DNA of 64,000 bases from assembly GCA_030704615.1 (NCBI GenBank), contig CM060732.1:80538001-80602000 (forward strand). The letters are read 5' to 3'. The first letter of the stretch is position 1, and each line of letters begins with the position of its first letter. This DNA comes from Takakia lepidozioides. Taxonomy: Eukaryota > Plantae > Bryophyta. Below the pieces are notes generated by a model. It was not told where the DNA came from. It saw only the letters and a list, made by a program, of their open reading frames with translations, and ran no database searches. Shown here in pieces: positions 61,101 through 64,000 of the stretch. The translations under genes and the position numbers were made by a program.

Positions 61101-64000
61101 ATGAAAGCTTTGGTTGTCCATATCTGTAATATGATAACAGTTGTCTTGTGTGATAGTTGGGACCGAATTATCCTTCAACTCCTCGATGGCCTGCATACAG
61201 TCAAGGATACGCACCTAAAACTAACACCATAAAATCTAGAAGATATGTCAAAGATTATGAAGAGACATGGAATGTTTAAATCTTTAAATGAATGTGAAAT
61301 GCAAGACATGGATGATGGTACCAGTGTATTGTCGATGTGGACATGAGTTTGTGGTAACACATTTGATGAACCCATTCTCCCGCTATCATATAATTTTTCA
61401 TCTCCAATTGATGGATAAGAAAATTGAGCCAATGTTTTCTCCATAAACACATTGGAGTCGACTTGAATGCAGTAAGATTCCTCAATGGTGCAACAAAGAG
61501 AGACAGTGTTTAGCTGAAGACTAATATTCGAAGGAGTCGGAATCCGTTCGGCGATGTTGTGTTGTGCGACGAAATGCTCCGGAGATTGAATGAATGTTGA
61601 TTCGATTGCAGTTGGAGTGCTATCAATTGCAGGCTGACAAGATCCAATAGAAATAAACGAGGGACCAAATCAATAGCAATTGTGAAATATGATGTCAAAA
61701 ATATCCATCAAGTGATTAATGCCACACACAAGTAAGGGAACCCTATTACTTCGGAGATGAGACATTTCAATGGAGTAAATTATATGAATATTTGTAATCT
61801 ATATATGCATCAATAGTTTGGTGTTCGAAAACATCATATTTCAACATCATTAGTAACCAAAGAATCAAAGATAAAAATAAATAAATAAATGTACACGATA
61901 GAGAAGAACAAAAATGAAATTTATTTGATATTCATAAATACTATCATCATATACTTTTCTTGTACGCGTTCTTATCAAGATAGTTCATCAGTTTTCGAAA
62001 CTTTGGATCCTCCATATTCTCTGGTGGAGCCCCGAATCTCTCCGAACCAACATATGTGGCCACGGACGTTGCTCGCGATAATCTGAGGAGATATTTCTCA
62101 AGCTTCTTCAATAAGCATTTGTCCTTTGCAATTGTTTCAAAGGTCGGAGGGTAAATGCATGACCACGTGGGATTGACAACACACTTTGTTGGACTATCAT
62201 CAACAAGGAGAGTATTGACATCATCATATCGACCTGGGTACTTCTCCCACACTTTTCTAAGAGGCTTAAGAAACATAGATGGATGATCTGTTTGATTTTG
62301 TCTTGCCTTGTACTGAGGATCAGAGGATCAGTATTTGGGGGGCAGACTATGCAGTCGTTCTGAGTCATAACAAAAACAGGTTGTGGCAGACCTTCAAAAA
62401 GTCTCTTAACAATAGGCATGAGGTTTCGGAGCATCATGCAACTCCAGATAGCTAGATCAAATGAACCACTTAATGAACGCCAGACTTGATCATAACGTTC
62501 ACGTCGGTAGACCAATTTCTTGCCAATGACTAAAGGGCTGTTTGAAATGTTTGCTTGCACTGGAATGTTCATTCACAACAATATCCTCCTCAATTCTCTC
62601 TGTGCGGCAAAGCACACCGTTCAGGTCAAATATAATCAACATTCGTTTTTGGACACTATGTATCTCGCCAAGAGGTCGCTGAGGCTCATTCTGGTGAAAT
62701 CAGAGAGTTGCAACCCCAAAACAAACGAGTTAGCAAGAAGATACACAATTATTGTAATAATCATTCAATAATACGAAGGCCACTAAGCACAATTATTTAT
62801 ACCGTACATATACACACATGGTTTGGCTCCGAAATCAAAGAACCACAACATAATATAATGTTCTTGACTCATTGGGGCCAATGGACAAAGGGGTTATAGT
62901 TTTGGGTCTCACTGCTATATCAAGAGTGGATAAAAGATGACACTAAAGAGTTATCCATAAGTGTACGTATTACATTGGGTCATAAGATGTAATTAGCTTT
63001 GTTATGTGTTTGAGAATTCAATACTTCGGAACATGTTTTGAAGTCCACACATCTAAAAAAATTGTAGAGTGAAGTTCATATAGTGTAGTAGCACTTTACC
63101 AGATTTAGAGATGTTTCACCCTGCTCATTGCTCATCTCCTTGATCTGCTGCTGTTGAGGTTGATTTGGAATGACTGGGGGAATTCCCTGCTCCTGGAGCC
63201 TCTTTTGTCTCTTGGATCTGTGACAACATCTACAGTGCATGTGCTGCTCCAGTGCTGTGTGTCTGTAGTGACAGCGGGCTAAGGACTGCGTCGGAGCTTG
63301 ATTGGCTAACGTTGGTAATCACAGCATGATTTGTTACTTCCACTTAGGTCTGAGTTGTCCGATGTAACTCTGAGGGTGATTGCGACATAGTGATCTCCCT
63401 CGTTTCTGAGAGTTGAACCTAGAACACACAATTATATTCATGAATATTAATAGTTACAAAAGATGGATATCAAACATGTAATCAAATAGTTTACCAAGGA
63501 ATGTACTACTCAAATTTATTGCAAACATTCATATCAACGGTTTTCAACAATGTCTCATCAATCTACCCAATCATAGTGTTTCCTGATCAGAGATGTTACG
63601 TACTTCATTCACTTTCCCATTAGACAATCCTTCTCTACACCTCTTCGTGGGGATGGGAGATTGAAAATCCAGAGGCCTATCACTAGCTGCAGGAACAAAA
63701 CCCCTATGCTCAGCCTCTACATCATCCAAGGCATTTGTTTCCTCTGGACGTGGGGATATTAGACCCTTCCCAAGTACCGCACCCATTATTGACTGGACAC
63801 GATAAGTCGGAATGGCATGTGGGACAGGCTCAAGAAACTACACTGTTGGTGGGCGATCACCACCATCATTGTGAAGAGCCACATCCAAGACATCAACAAA
63901 CTCTATCATGGTATTTTCCGGGACCTGCACATCAGATGCAATTGGATCTACCAGATTCACCATATTGGCCTGATGACCTGTGGCATCGTAATCCAGCATC
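58183..64000. mobile_element. CACTA (En/Spm) element: left terminus and internal genes, extending beyond the window
   Basis: CACTACAGGAAAA at 58183, followed by about 700 bp of GCGACG/CGTCGC subterminal repeats in both orientations (58200-58870). Decayed multi-exon coding pieces on - follow. The right TIR was not seen, so inclusion of the internal genes is inferred. Confidence 0.72.
61947..62660 (-). pseudogene. FCP1/NIF-family HAD phosphatase-like domain, frameshifted
   Basis: LIIFDLNGVL (62609-62640), LVYRR, FDLAIWSC, VFVMTQNDC, FLKPLRKVW...YDDVNTLLVDDSPTKCVVNP..CIYP. Confidence 0.8.

Overview
Eukaryotic nuclear DNA from a land plant. The GT-AG introns, PLS/DYW PPR fragments, U-box/ARM gene and chromoviruses fit a bryophyte/seedless-plant-like genome, but the taxon is an inference. 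The window is mostly transposon-derived. Only two intact host genes are evident: a small secreted IDA/PIP-like peptide precursor (43697-44062, -) and a single-exon U-box/ARM E3 ligase (50180-51427, +). The most striking element is at 1-5274. It is a Mutator-like (MULE) DDE transposase relic, followed by GGCGCC-centred 96-bp and 146-bp arrays (the 146-bp units palindromic), followed by an intron-containing, decayed gene with the motif order of a bacterial-type beta-class N4-cytosine/N6-adenine DNA methyltransferase. Further along are a Helitron/Helentron relic (RPA70-like, PIF1 helicase, AP endonuclease) with a second MULE-like hairpin-array/SWIM relic inside it. Next is a three-layer nest: an old Ty3/Gypsy element (23847-42275, TSD ATTCT) containing an 8-bp-TSD TIR element packed with scrambled PPR-DYW fragments (28766-33511) and a young intact chromovirus (33697-40670). 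The window ends with a PIF/Harbinger fragment and the left arm of a CACTA element carrying an FCP1/NIF-type phosphatase. All calls are by-eye motif recognition; no database searches were run.
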